64,000 bases of DNA from Sideroxydans sp. (GCA_036170995.1 JAVHQF010000147.1:15632-79631); one strand, 5' to 3'. Numbered from the stretch's first letter, positions 39,103 to 48,783 are shown. Notes: a model not told the origin generated them from the sequence alone. Made by a program: numbers and translations.

Positions 39103-40641
39103 ATGGCTACAAATTCATTCCAAGATACGCAGTTTCAGACAGAGGAAACGCTTGATCAGGTCGTGATGTTGGACGAGGTTGAGAATGTGATCTTGATTTC
39201 GCAGGATCATACTTTTCAACCTTACGTTAGGTCTGCAATTTCTCGAATCAAGTCATCCCATAAGGACTTAAATCTGACGGAAAAGTACGTTGGAATGGAT
39301 GAAATTGAGAAGTTCCGCGCTAGTGGCGTTAACCAAAAGAGAAACGAGGGTATCAGTAAAACTGAAATGCAGCAATACGCTGCGACCCTCTTTACCCGCG
39401 CTGTGGCGATGAAGGCATCCGACATCCACATCCGAGTTTCTGAGCGTGGTCATTGCCAGGTGCTGTTTCGTATCCACAACGATTTGACCGTGATCGAGCA
39501 GCATCCCTACACCTGGGGTCATGCTCTGTGCTCCACCATTTATGTTGCAATGGCTGACGTTTCTGACCCGACATTTGAAGAGCGCAACCGTCAAGATGCC
39601 CGAATCGGGGACCGGAGCAAGTTGCCAAGGGGTTTGGACGGCATTCGTATTGCCACAACACCCATGGTTGACGGATTCGTCATGGTCTTGCGTATGCTTT
39701 ATGACGCTGCCGGTGCATCAAATGATTTGAAGGAGTTGGGATACAACGCTAACCAAGTTTCCCGCGTTGCATTCATGAAACGTCGCCCCACAGGTCTCAA
39801 CATTGTTTCGGGCCCAACTGGTTCTGGTAAGTCAACGACCTTACAGCGGACCCTCTCTTCCCTAATCGAAGAAACCAAGGGGACGAAGCACATCATTACC
39901 GTGGAAGATCCTCCGGAATACCCAATTCCTGGAGCTGTCCAAACACCCGTTACCAACGCGTCTACGGAAGAACTCCGTGCTGTCGCGTTTCAGCAGGCTA
40001 TCAAGGGTGCCATGCGCGTTGACCCAGACGTGATCATGATCGGGGAAATTCGTGACACGCCATCAGCTAGGCTCGCTTTCCAAGCGGCCATGACCGGACA
40101 CCAAGTTTGGTCGACACTTCACTCGAACGGTGCATTCCACAGCATCGATCGACTGGTTGACTTGGGCGTGCCTCTTGCTCTGATGACCGATCCAGCAATC
40201 CTTTCAGGCTTGATCTGTCAACGCCTGCTCAAGACTCTGTGCGACTGCAAGCGACCTCTCAAGACCATGTTTGAGCACTACAAAGAACATCGCCCAAACT
40301 TTGAAGAAGATCAAATCCGTCTATCAAGCGTTCTTGACCTTGATGATGTCTACGTGCAAGGACCTGGATGTCCAAATTGCAACAACACCGGCATCAAGGG
40401 ACGCACGGTTGTAGCCGAGGTTGTGGTCACAGACAACACCATGATGCAGCTCATCAATGCTGGAAAGATTGGTGATGCCGTCGAGTACTGGAAGCGTGAA
40501 CACAAAGGCATGACGATGGTAGAGCATGCAATCTTGAAGGCATCAAAGGGCCTTGTAGACCCATTCTTGAGCGAGTCGATTGTCGGACCCCTTGATGGAG
40601 GGAAAGCCTTCCTTCAACACGCAACACTACCTAAGGCCTGA
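39103..40641 (+). CDS. pilQ: Type IVb pilus extension ATPase
   Basis: ASDIHI, GPTGSGKST, TVEDPPEY, MR.DPD.IMIGEIRD, TGHQVW.TLH, C..C/C..C Zn site, GRTVVAE. Confidence 0.92.
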   Translation: MATNSFQDTQFQTEETLDQVVMLDEVENVILISQDHTFQPYVRSAISRIKSSHKDLNLTEKYVGMDEIEKFRASGVNQKRNEGISKTEMQQYAATLFTRAVAMKASDIHIRVSERGHCQVLFRIHNDLTVIEQHPYTWGHALCSTIYVAMADVSDPTFEERNRQDARIGDRSKLPRGLDGIRIATTPMVDGFVMVLRMLYDAAGASNDLKELGYNANQVSRVAFMKRRPTGLNIVSGPTGSGKSTTLQRTLSSLIEETKGTKHIITVEDPPEYPIPGAVQTPVTNASTEELRAVAFQQAIKGAMRVDPDVIMIGEIRDTPSARLAFQAAMTGHQVWSTLHSNGAFHSIDRLVDLGVPLALMTDPAILSGLICQRLLKTLCDCKRPLKTMFEHYKEHRPNFEEDQIRLSSVLDLDDVYVQGPGCPNCNNTGIKGRTVVAEVVVTDNTMMQLINAGKIGDAVEYWKREHKGMTMVEHAILKASKGLVDPFLSESIVGPLDGGKAFLQHATLPKA

Positions 40642-40644
40642 CCC

Positions 40645-41718
40645 ATGGACCTCAAAAATATTGAGCGTAACTTGAACCGTTACTTGTTCAAATCCGATAC
40701 CAATAGTCGGATCAAGTTGTGGCGCAAGCTGAGTAAGCTGTTGAGTGATGGCATCCCAATCGTTCCCGCTTTGGATGAACTCAGGAACGTGCGCTTGAAA
40801 AAAGACCCTACCTACTTTGCTTTAAAGGAGTGGGCTGCAGTGATGAAGAACGGCAAACGCTTTTCTGATGCTGCATCCGAATGGGTGACCACCGAGGAGG
40901 GGATGCTTTTGATGGCAGGGGAGCAGGCTGGCACCATCGCGCAGTCGATGCAATCCGTAATTAAGGTCACAAAAGCCAAGCAAAACATCAAAAGTGCGGT
41001 GTTGAACGGGATCGCATACCCCACTTTCTTATTTATTCTTGCCTTCGGGGTGATGTTCATGTTCAGCCACAAGATCATCCCAGTATTTGCAAAGGCGGCA
41101 AGGAGTGATAACTGGGTGGGAATGGCAAGAACAATGATCGACGTTTCTGCATTTTTGCAAGTCTGGTTTGTGTGGATGGTTGTGGCCGTTATCCTAATGA
41201 TCGGAGCCGTCTTCATATCAATGCCACTCTGGTCGGGGCCATCCAGGACTTTCTTCGACCGATATCCACCCTACAGCATTTACCGCATTCAACAGGGGGC
41301 ATCTTGGTTGATCGCCATGTCGGCTCTGATCCAGGCAGGAGTTCGAATTGAGTCTGCTATGGAGCAGTTGATGAACAAGTCTTCCATCTGGGCAAAGGTC
41401 AGGATTTTTGCTGCCCTCAGAGGGATGAAGTCAGGCAAGAACCTCGGTGCGGCTTTAGTTCAAACCAAATACGAGTTCCCTGATCGCGAAATCATTTCTG
41501 ACATTCAAATCTACGCAAACAAATCCGGCTTCGATGAAGCGCTCAGGATGATTGGTGACGAATGGATCACAGAGTCTGTGGAACGTATTCAGGAAATGAT
41601 GGGAAAAGTGTTTGGTATCTCTCTCATTTTCGCGGGGGGAGTAATTGCATTCATGGTGTCCGGATTGTTGGCCATGCAAATGCAACTCTCCCAACTTATG
41701 CAACACGCTGGTCGTTAA
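40645..41718 (+). CDS. pilR: Type IVb pilus inner-membrane platform (GspF/PilC family)
   Basis: L.DGI....L, AGE.AG, YP, PPYSIYR..QG, FPD. Confidence 0.9.
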   Translation: MDLKNIERNLNRYLFKSDTNSRIKLWRKLSKLLSDGIPIVPALDELRNVRLKKDPTYFALKEWAAVMKNGKRFSDAASEWVTTEEGMLLMAGEQAGTIAQSMQSVIKVTKAKQNIKSAVLNGIAYPTFLFILAFGVMFMFSHKIIPVFAKAARSDNWVGMARTMIDVSAFLQVWFVWMVVAVILMIGAVFISMPLWSGPSRTFFDRYPPYSIYRIQQGASWLIAMSALIQAGVRIESAMEQLMNKSSIWAKVRIFAALRGMKSGKNLGAALVQTKYEFPDREIISDIQIYANKSGFDEALRMIGDEWITESVERIQEMMGKVFGISLIFAGGVIAFMVSGLLAMQMQLSQLMQHAGR

Positions 41719-41797
41719 GGAGGAAATGTACAAAGAACAAGGCCTTCAAACAAACAGTAATCAGCTTTTCATCGCACATCAACAAAAAGGAAATCTT

Positions 41798-42328
41798 ATG
41801 ACCACCAATCTGTACAAATTCGCACGCGCTTCCCGCCAGGCAGGCATGACTCTCATCGAAATTATTGTTGTCCTCGCAATTGGGGCTTTGATCATTGGTG
41901 GCGCATTGTCCCTGTACTCCAATGCGTCATCTAGCCAGGCGAGCAACCAGTTGAATTCTGATCTGACAGCAATTCGAGCTTCTGTGAAGTCTGTTTATTC
42001 CACACAAGGTGGTTACGGGGCCGCAAGCCTGAACAGTGTTCTGATCAATGCCAAAAAAGTACCGACAACCATGTCCGTTTCTAGCACAACAATCAATCAC
42101 GCCCTCAATGGGACACTGACTGTCACCGGTGCTACAAGCAACTTCAGCATGTCAGTTACTGCGATTCCAACAGAAGTTTGCGTTGCTCTGTTGTCTGCGG
42201 CAAGTGGTTACGTTTCCATCCAAGTCGGTTCCAACGCGGCACGGACAACTTTCCCGATCTCGCCGTCCGCTGCTTCAACTGATTGTGCAGCAGCTGCGAC
42301 ACAGACAATCGTCTTCACTGCGACTTGA
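41798..42328 (+). CDS. pilS: Type IVb major pilin
   Basis: Prepilin cleavage site RQAG/MTLIEIIVVLAI; C-terminal IP.EVC...C pair. Confidence 0.9.
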   Translation: MTTNLYKFARASRQAGMTLIEIIVVLAIGALIIGGALSLYSNASSSQASNQLNSDLTAIRASVKSVYSTQGGYGAASLNSVLINAKKVPTTMSVSSTTINHALNGTLTVTGATSNFSMSVTAIPTEVCVALLSAASGYVSIQVGSNAARTTFPISPSAASTDCAAAATQTIVFTAT

Positions 42329-42341
42329 TCTGATACCAGCA

Positions 42342-43286
42342 ATGCTTAAAACAGTCCCCTTCTCCGACATCTACCTTGGTGCGGATAGCGCTCTCGTTTC
42401 TGGTGTTCCCAATACGTCAGATCCTGTGCCTTTAGGGCCTGAGCATGATGCAGAGGTGAAAGAACTTCGCGCAAAGTGTCTTCATGAACTGGAGACACAT
42501 TGCCGAGAGGATTTCCCTCTTCGACATTGCGACATTGGGTATCGCGTCTCAGTCATTCACTCGTTGACTGAAATTGTTTTTGTTTTGCGACGATTTGCTG
42601 ATTCGGTCCCAATGCTTGAAAACATGGGGGTTCACAAGCGCATTGTTGAAAACCTCATGACACCAAAACTAACCGGCTTGATTATTGTTGCAGGTGCGTA
42701 TGGGCAAGGGAAAACAACCACTGCTTCTTCAGTTGTGGTATCGAGGCTCAGCAAATTTGGCGGCGTGGCCGTTACAGTTGAAGATCCTCCAGAAATGCCA
42801 CTGCATGGTAAGCATGGGGAAGGGGTTTGCTATCAGACCTGGGTCGAGAAGGGCGGGTTTGCAAGCGCATGCAGGCAAGCGACCCGTTGGGCACCCAGCA
42901 TCATTTTCCTCGGTGAAATCCGAGATGGTGAAACCGCTATTGAAGCATTGCGAGCAAGTGTGAACGGTCGCCTCGTTATTGCCACTACGCACGCTGAGAA
43001 TCCCATCATGGCGATCGACCGTATTCATGCTCTGGCATCTGGGATAGGGGGTACGTCCTCTGAAGATATCTCGCATTTAATGGCTGCAGGACTCACATGT
43101 GTGTTGCACCAAAAAATTGAAACACAAGGTGATCGAAAGCAACTCTTCGTCAGTTCACTTTGGATGAACGATGAAGATGCGTCTGGTATTCGCGCAACGA
43201 TTCAAACAAAGCGATTCAGTCAACTGAGCTCTGTGATTGATCAACAGCGCAACCAGATGCTTACCCAGCGGACAAATCAAAAGTAG
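42342..43286 (+). CDS. PilT-like ATPase within the pil operon
   Basis: Walker A GAYGQGKT, TVEDPPE, IFLGEIRD, NGRLVIATTHA. Confidence 0.8.
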   Translation: MLKTVPFSDIYLGADSALVSGVPNTSDPVPLGPEHDAEVKELRAKCLHELETHCREDFPLRHCDIGYRVSVIHSLTEIVFVLRRFADSVPMLENMGVHKRIVENLMTPKLTGLIIVAGAYGQGKTTTASSVVVSRLSKFGGVAVTVEDPPEMPLHGKHGEGVCYQTWVEKGGFASACRQATRWAPSIIFLGEIRDGETAIEALRASVNGRLVIATTHAENPIMAIDRIHALASGIGGTSSEDISHLMAAGLTCVLHQKIETQGDRKQLFVSSLWMNDEDASGIRATIQTKRFSQLSSVIDQQRNQMLTQRTNQK

Positions 43287-43297
43287 GTTTTTCTGCA

Positions 43298-43753
43298 ATG
43301 CCATTGCTTGTCATCATTTTCAGCGTCGCATTGATGTCCGCGATGAGCGTCATCAATCTACCCCAAAAGGAAGTTGCTGCAGCTACATTCAAGGCAGACG
43401 TCAAGGCTGTCAATATGTTTGCTTACAAGATGGCTTTGAACGATTTCCTTAACTCAAATCCTGGTTTCAACGGTCAAATACCAGATGCCAGCATTACCCT
43501 GCCAACTGGCATGGTTAGAGACACTCGTTGGACTGGTGTTGTCAACAATAATGTTCTGTACGTTTTTGAGTCAACTCCATCAAATTCAAAAGGTCTGCTA
43601 GACCTCATTTACAAGAAGACAAATAACTCAATTCTGGTTGGAACGAGCAATGGTTCGTTTTTAGTGAATGCAAAAGGCTACACGACAGCCGTACCAATTC
43701 CAGTCATGACCCCGGCTGTACCTGCGGGTGCAATAGTCATTGTTGGCAGATAG
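43298..43753 (+). CDS. pilM: Type IVb pilus protein PilM
   Basis: N-terminal TM, N...Y..AL......P...G.I....L.LP, IP....P.GAIV.VG. Confidence 0.75.
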   Translation: MPLLVIIFSVALMSAMSVINLPQKEVAAATFKADVKAVNMFAYKMALNDFLNSNPGFNGQIPDASITLPTGMVRDTRWTGVVNNNVLYVFESTPSNSKGLLDLIYKKTNNSILVGTSNGSFLVNAKGYTTAVPIPVMTPAVPAGAIVIVGR

Positions 43754-43792
43754 CTTCAGTCGAAGATATTTTTATCGACAAGGCGTTAGGCC

Positions 43793-43821
43793 TTGACGTA
43801 CTTCACGCTTATTGGGACAAT
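43793..43821 (+). promoter_or_regulatory. Sigma70-like promoter
   Basis: TTGACG-N17-GACAAT with an extended TG. Confidence 0.5.
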
Positions 43822-43929
43822 ATTTTCACTTTGCCACCTTGGCAATTTGCGCACACCATGTGCGCCTTTAACAACCTTGACGGTTACCTCCGTCAAGGCG
43901 GTGCCTGTCAATTCCGCATAGGAGTTGGT

Positions 43930-44157
43930 ATGAGTATCATTGGATGGATTGCTTTTGGTTTAGCGGCGCTACTACTCATAGGCAAATTTATTGGATATTC
44001 ATCTGGTGGCGGAGCGTCACTGGACGAAGACGATCCCAATCAGTTTGTTCAAGATGAGTTAGACCCTTGTAACCCGAACAATCTGATGCTTCGTAGTCAT
44101 CATGACGATGATTTCGATGCGCCATTTTTCCATGCAAACGCTTCAGTTGAAGATTGA
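43930..44157 (+). CDS. Small membrane-anchored acidic protein
   Basis: AGGAG RBS, N-terminal TM, acidic tail. Confidence 0.55.
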   Translation: MSIIGWIAFGLAALLLIGKFIGYSSGGGASLDEDDPNQFVQDELDPCNPNNLMLRSHHDDDFDAPFFHANASVED

Positions 44158-44284
44158 TCTTCACTGCTGCTGCATGGTGGAATTTGCTTATGTTTTGTTT
44201 CAAGCATGACAAAGCACTTGCCCGGCCACGAGGCCATTTCATAGCCATCATTTCGATGGCACGCACCAGCTCAGCTCGGTGTTT

Positions 44285-44342
44285 AACCCGCGGGGATCGC
44301 ATCCCTTCGGGGGCGCTTTCCGCATTTTCTTGGAGATATGTA
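44285..44342 (+). promoter_or_regulatory. Dispersed leader element, copy 6
   Basis: aacccgcggggatcgcatccc-ttcg-ggggcgctttccgcattttcttggagatatgta-ATG. Confidence 0.6.
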
Positions 44343-44891
44343 ATGAAAGCGAATATGACTCTGGGTGCTTCCAATGTTGTTAGCAACCTTCTTGCTGTGA
44401 TCAGTCTTGTGATGGCTATTGGTTTTGCTCCTGGTGCTCATGCTCAATCGGGCAACGTGTACGGTGGCAACCAAGTCCAAACCCTGTCTACTGCGGAAGA
44501 GGGCGTTGTGCTGCAGGTAGCCATCAAAAGAGCTGAATCCTCTTGGCAAGCTCGCACCGGTGGTGCTACTGGCGGTGGTTTGGTTGGCGCTCTTCTTGGC
44601 AACAGCCTTGGAGGTGATTACCAGACCAAGGCCATCCTTGGTGCACTTGGTGCGCTAGGTGGTGGTTTTGCTGGTGAACGCATGGCAAATGCCGCTGGTG
44701 GCAGTGATGCTCAGGAGATTGTTATTGGGATTCATGATCCCCGTACCAATGCCATAACTCGTGTTGTGACAGTAGTTCAGCCAGAACCATTTGATGCAGT
44801 AGCACCGAATGACAATGTTCTGGTGGTGAATACGAATGGTGCCATTCGTGTCATCAAACGATCGTACAACACAGCGTCTGTTCAACGGTAA
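44343..44891 (+). CDS. Glycine-zipper outer-membrane protein (SlyB/Pcp-like)
   Basis: Signal peptide, VY...Q.Q......G.VL.V, GG..GG.VG.LLG...G...A..GA.GA.GGG.AG, VVQ. Confidence 0.8.
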   Translation: MKANMTLGASNVVSNLLAVISLVMAIGFAPGAHAQSGNVYGGNQVQTLSTAEEGVVLQVAIKRAESSWQARTGGATGGGLVGALLGNSLGGDYQTKAILGALGALGGGFAGERMANAAGGSDAQEIVIGIHDPRTNAITRVVTVVQPEPFDAVAPNDNVLVVNTNGAIRVIKRSYNTASVQR

Positions 44892-44897
44892 ATGAAC

Positions 44898-44934
44898 AAA
44901 AAAAGGCCAGAGCGAAAGCTTCTGGCCTTTTTTT
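44898..44934. terminator. Bidirectional intrinsic terminator
   Basis: A-run-ggccagagc-gaaa-gcttctggcc-T-run. Confidence 0.85.
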
Positions 44935-44948
44935 CTTTTATCGAGAAT

Positions 44949-45725
44949 TTAAATAATTTCGGGCGTTTCCAATTCTTGGCGTGAATACAGTTCAAGTGTG
45001 ACTGAAACCTTTTTAGCCTTTGCCTTTTGAATGATCGTGTCCGCCTTCTTTCCCCCCTTCAATTCAAACACTACAAGTTGGTCTGTGTTTTCAAGCAGGG
45101 AATTCAGCACGGATGCGGATGAGCGAAGTGTTGGATTGCCAACGTATTTGACTGGGACGTAGTTGGCCAGTGCCCAGTCGTGTACACGCCATGCACTTTG
45201 GTTGTTGCACAGAGATACAAGTGTCCATGTTGGCTTGTTCTGCACGACCTTGCTGAGCTTCTTTCCAACAACCCCATCTGGAGCGGTCGCTGCGCCAAAT
45301 GTGGAGATGCGTGGTCCTTGCCCCCACGTCTGGAATCTCACAACGCAATCCGACAGAAAGCTCACAGGAACCTTAAGCTCTTTCAACAATTCCACAAGTG
45401 CATTTACAGGTAGGTCAGTCAATTTAAGGTCAGGCCGGTCAAGGCTCAGAAAACCCAATCCTGCAACCAGGACGGAGTGTCGAACAAGACTCCAATCGGA
45501 ACGCCATACTGATTGCCGAGCCTTGGTGAATTTCCGTGCTTCCTTTGCGCTAGGGCAGTGTAGAACTGCATCACGCAGGTCTGGACGTGAAGGCATGAAC
45601 TTTGCCCCTTCGTACCAATGTGCGATAGAAAGGTAGTGGTGCTGCATGCGTTTTTTGGTTCCAGGGGCAGGTACCCATGGTCCAAAAAAGGATGTTTTGA
45701 GCAGATCAAAGTCAGGGATTCCCAT
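44949..45725 (-). CDS. NADAR(YbiA)-like domain fused to a SLOG (YspA/DUF2493-like) domain
   Basis: Y.S.AHWYEG.KF........V....SA.EARK........RSDW..VR..VL..GL (NADAR-like); DWA....VP....D.LVVF...G......I..AK.K.V.V (SLOG-like). Confidence 0.6.
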   Translation of the reverse strand: MGIPDFDLLKTSFFGPWVPAPGTKKRMQHHYLSIAHWYEGAKFMPSRPDLRDAVLHCPSAKEARKFTKARQSVWRSDWSLVRHSVLVAGLGFLSLDRPDLKLTDLPVNALVELLKELKVPVSFLSDCVVRFQTWGQGPRISTFGAATAPDGVVGKKLSKVVQNKPTWTLVSLCNNQSAWRVHDWALANYVPVKYVGNPTLRSSASVLNSLLENTDQLVVFELKGGKKADTIIQKAKAKKVSVTLELYSRQELETPEII

Positions 45726-45771
45726 CCAAGCGATGTTACGGGCTACACAGGGGAGATGGCGACATCTTTAC

Positions 45772-45791
45772 GCCCTAAAAACAGTGCGTTG
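45772..45791 (-). promoter_or_regulatory. Candidate activator box A
   Basis: Minus strand CAACGCACTGTTTTTAGGGC, 18/20 identical to 61118-61137. Confidence 0.45.
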
Positions 45792-45852
45792 GACGGGAAA
45801 ATATTGTGCGTATTGATTCGACAATTTGTGAAACATTCGCACCATCAGACCT

Positions 45853-47637
45853 ATGAAATTCAATCACCAATCAAACTTGTCAAATCAAGGGATGCGCCAT
45901 CAAGTCGGTTTAACCTTGCTTGAGTTGATTATTTCTATTTCACTCATGATGCTCGTGTCAATCGGCATGGTTCAGCTCTCAGACAGGTATTCAGATGATG
46001 TTAAGACTTCGATCGTCGCCGACCAACTGAAGCGTACTGGCGATGCGGTGAGGGCTTATATCAAAGACAACTACACCGCTATTTCAGCCAGTGCGACATC
46101 AACAAGTCCTTACCAGATTACTGCGGCAATGCTGACTGCTGGTGGTTATCTGCCAACTTCCAGTGTAAGCAGCAATGGATATGGGCAGAATGTTTGTACT
46201 CTGGTGCTTCAACCGTCTGCGAACAAGCTGCAGGCCATGGTGGTTACGGAGGATGGAACGGCTATTGATGATCTAACACTAGGAAATATTGTTCAACTCG
46301 CTGGTTCTAGTTCTGGGGCTATTGTGTCCACCGCATCGACAGCAATCTCTGGTGCGATGGGTGGATGGAGCATCCCAGTTTCAACATGGCATAACAAGGT
46401 GAACAACCTTGGAAAGAAGTGCGACGGGACAACAGCAGGTAATGTACAAGTCACCACGGGCCATGCCGCTATGGCTCTTTGGTTTGAAGATGGTTCATAC
46501 CAAAGCGGTGCGCTTTACCGTGAAATTGTTCCCGGGCAACCTCAGTTGAACACGATGAACACGCCGATTATCATGGCTAGCCTTCAGACCCCTGGTGGCC
46601 CTTGCACAACAAGCGGCGCGATTGCCCAGGATGGAGCCGGCGGTATCGTGAGTTGTCAGAGTGGAATTTGGACCGCACCAGGCGGCAAGTGCGCTAGCAC
46701 ATCGTCTGACTTGAATTTTCTGCAGACAGATGGCCGATGCTACAACGGCGCAAACCTTCCAAATTCACCTGCTGGTGCAGACTGGGTTTTTGTTGAGGTA
46801 TTCAGACACATCAATGCCACGAACTACTACGTTGCCCAGCGTGTCATTGGGATGACCGGTGCAGCAGCCGGTAAGGTTTGGCTTCGAAATCAACAATCTG
46901 GAACCCAAACTGGGGGATGGAGTTCTTGGGTACAGCAAGCCGATCCTGGTGTCAGTATTGCGGATGGCAATGTGACGGCAAATGGGCAGATCAGCGTGGG
47001 TGCCAACAACCGAATCCTCGGAAATGGCGCACAAGGAACTTATGGCGCGACGACAGTGGCGGGTGGAAAAAACGGCTGGACTGGTGTTGAGTACAGGGAC
47101 TCCGCTGGCAATTATCAGATAAACCAGATGACAAATCGTGGTCAAACGGGTTACTACGATGCAGCCACGGGGCGTTGGCTTAATTATTCAGATACATCCG
47201 GCAATACAACACTTGACCAAACAGCAGATTGGTCATCAGGTCGCATAAACCCAGGATGGGCAGTAGAAACATGGGGGTGCTCAACAGGTCAAATCGCAAA
47301 AGCCGCATACACCGTTGCTGATGGCTGGGCATATAACGGCAAGACACTTTCTTGTGTAAGTGGGGTTTGGAAGGCATCGTCCAACACAAACACATCAACA
47401 CTCAACACCGGACAGCCAGGGTCTTTTTGCGCTCGGGGAACATATTGCGGGCGCGGGTCTGGGATTGGGGCATGTCTTGGCTATGATCCAAGTGCAAATG
47501 GATTTTTTTACACTGGTTATGGCTCAGTTACTTGGGGTGTTTGGGGCCCATTTTATTATTTGGATTTTGGTGGGATTGGGTATGTGAATGGCGGAACGAA
47601 TCAACAGTGCGCAGCTGGTGTGATTTGGAGCAACTAA
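45853..47637 (+). CDS. pilV: Type IVb pilus tip adhesin PilV (shufflon-type N-terminus, mosaic C-terminus)
   Basis: G/LTLLEL prepilin motif, Y..DNY, GYLP, N.YGQ, LYR..VPG.PQLN.M.T.I, C...G.IA.D..G..VSCQSG.W. Confidence 0.88.
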   Translation: MKFNHQSNLSNQGMRHQVGLTLLELIISISLMMLVSIGMVQLSDRYSDDVKTSIVADQLKRTGDAVRAYIKDNYTAISASATSTSPYQITAAMLTAGGYLPTSSVSSNGYGQNVCTLVLQPSANKLQAMVVTEDGTAIDDLTLGNIVQLAGSSSGAIVSTASTAISGAMGGWSIPVSTWHNKVNNLGKKCDGTTAGNVQVTTGHAAMALWFEDGSYQSGALYREIVPGQPQLNTMNTPIIMASLQTPGGPCTTSGAIAQDGAGGIVSCQSGIWTAPGGKCASTSSDLNFLQTDGRCYNGANLPNSPAGADWVFVEVFRHINATNYYVAQRVIGMTGAAAGKVWLRNQQSGTQTGGWSSWVQQADPGVSIADGNVTANGQISVGANNRILGNGAQGTYGATTVAGGKNGWTGVEYRDSAGNYQINQMTNRGQTGYYDAATGRWLNYSDTSGNTTLDQTADWSSGRINPGWAVETWGCSTGQIAKAAYTVADGWAYNGKTLSCVSGVWKASSNTNTSTLNTGQPGSFCARGTYCGRGSGIGACLGYDPSANGFFYTGYGSVTWGVWGPFYYLDFGGIGYVNGGTNQQCAAGVIWSN

Positions 47638-47910
47638 TCAATCACATTGCCCATACCTCACAAGTTCGGCATCATCTCGTCAATATTTCGATATTCCTTG
47701 CAGGGCACATGCCAGATCACATCCGGATCAGCACCCGGGCGTTTTTCGACACCTTGGTAACCCGCATCAGCCCACACAAGTTCGACACCATTTCGCCCGA
47801 ATTCCGATTTTCTTGACCCAGCCCCCCACAATTCGCCTACTCTTGCTCATCCCCTGGTGGATATGCGAAAACCCCGTTTAGGCGCATACCTCATTGGACA
47901 AGGCTTTTAC

Positions 47911-47939
47911 TTGCCCCATACGCCAGAATGCTGTAAAAT
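47911..47939 (+). promoter_or_regulatory. Sigma70-like promoter
   Basis: TTGCCC-N17-TAAAAT. Confidence 0.5.
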
Positions 47940-48163
47940 GCAGACACTAGGTTTTATAACCTTTTGTTGGTGCAATGCCAACCATAAATTCTGGCTCAGC
48001 CAGGGGTTTTCACTCTGAAGACTCTAAGTCCGTACCCTCCTGGGTAAAAGTCACACGAGTGACTTGACAACGGATCAATAACCATCCCTCATTGATTCAC
48101 ATTGGCTCTTCGCCCGTGTGCAGTCGCAATTGGCGCGTATTTCGTCGCTGGGAAAGGCAAGTC

Positions 48164-48442
48164 ATGAAGTTGGACAGTTTTGAGGCCGTCTATTCGATGG
48201 CCGAAAAATTATTCTTCAAAGGCGAGTCATTGGTTTGCAAGGGTGAGGGAACCACCGTTGCGGTACGGCACATTGATACTGCTACAAAGCAAATCGAGGT
48301 GTTGTTCTTGGACGGTGATGCTCACAACCATCAAACCAAGCGATTCAACTCAACAAATTACCAATCAAGTGGGCTGGCAAAAATGAAGGTGCCACAAAGC
48401 TACCTACATTTGCTCACGCAAGGAGAAAAGCATGGGAAATAA
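48164..48442 (+). CDS. Hypothetical protein
   Basis: ATG after AAGG; overlaps the next ORF. Confidence 0.5.
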   Translation: MKLDSFEAVYSMAEKLFFKGESLVCKGEGTTVAVRHIDTATKQIEVLFLDGDAHNHQTKRFNSTNYQSSGLAKMKVPQSYLHLLTQGEKHGK

Positions 48443-48725
48443 AAACCTGTTTCAGATTGAAAGAAGCAGGAAGGTGGTGATCTCGATTCCTGGGTATGAC
48501 CCGGTTTTTGAGACACAAAAGATCGACAAACGTTTCATGCGGATCCGTGAAAAAAAGAACCGCCTGGCCCTTCAATCTGTGCAAAAACAGAAAGAAACGC
48601 AACAGGCGGAGCTTAAAGCACAGGAAACCGCACTTGAGGAACTCAATAAGACACAAGCGAAAGCTGGTGCTTTCGAGACCTCCAAGGTGATCACAGAAGA
48701 TAACTTGTTTGTGCCAGCGGCATAG
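48432..48725 (+). CDS. Hypothetical coiled-coil protein
   Basis: AGGAG RBS, K/Q/E-rich. Confidence 0.55.
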   Translation: MGNKNLFQIERSRKVVISIPGYDPVFETQKIDKRFMRIREKKNRLALQSVQKQKETQQAELKAQETALEELNKTQAKAGAFETSKVITEDNLFVPAA

Positions 48726-48783
48726 CCGGTAGCAAGCAGGGTTCGCATGCACCCGGTTTAACAGCCGGGTCGGGAGCCTAACC

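Noticed and set aside
47340-48160. R64-type shufflon after pilV
   Set aside because: No sfx-like repeats, no alternative inverted C-terminal cassettes and no adjacent Rci recombinase
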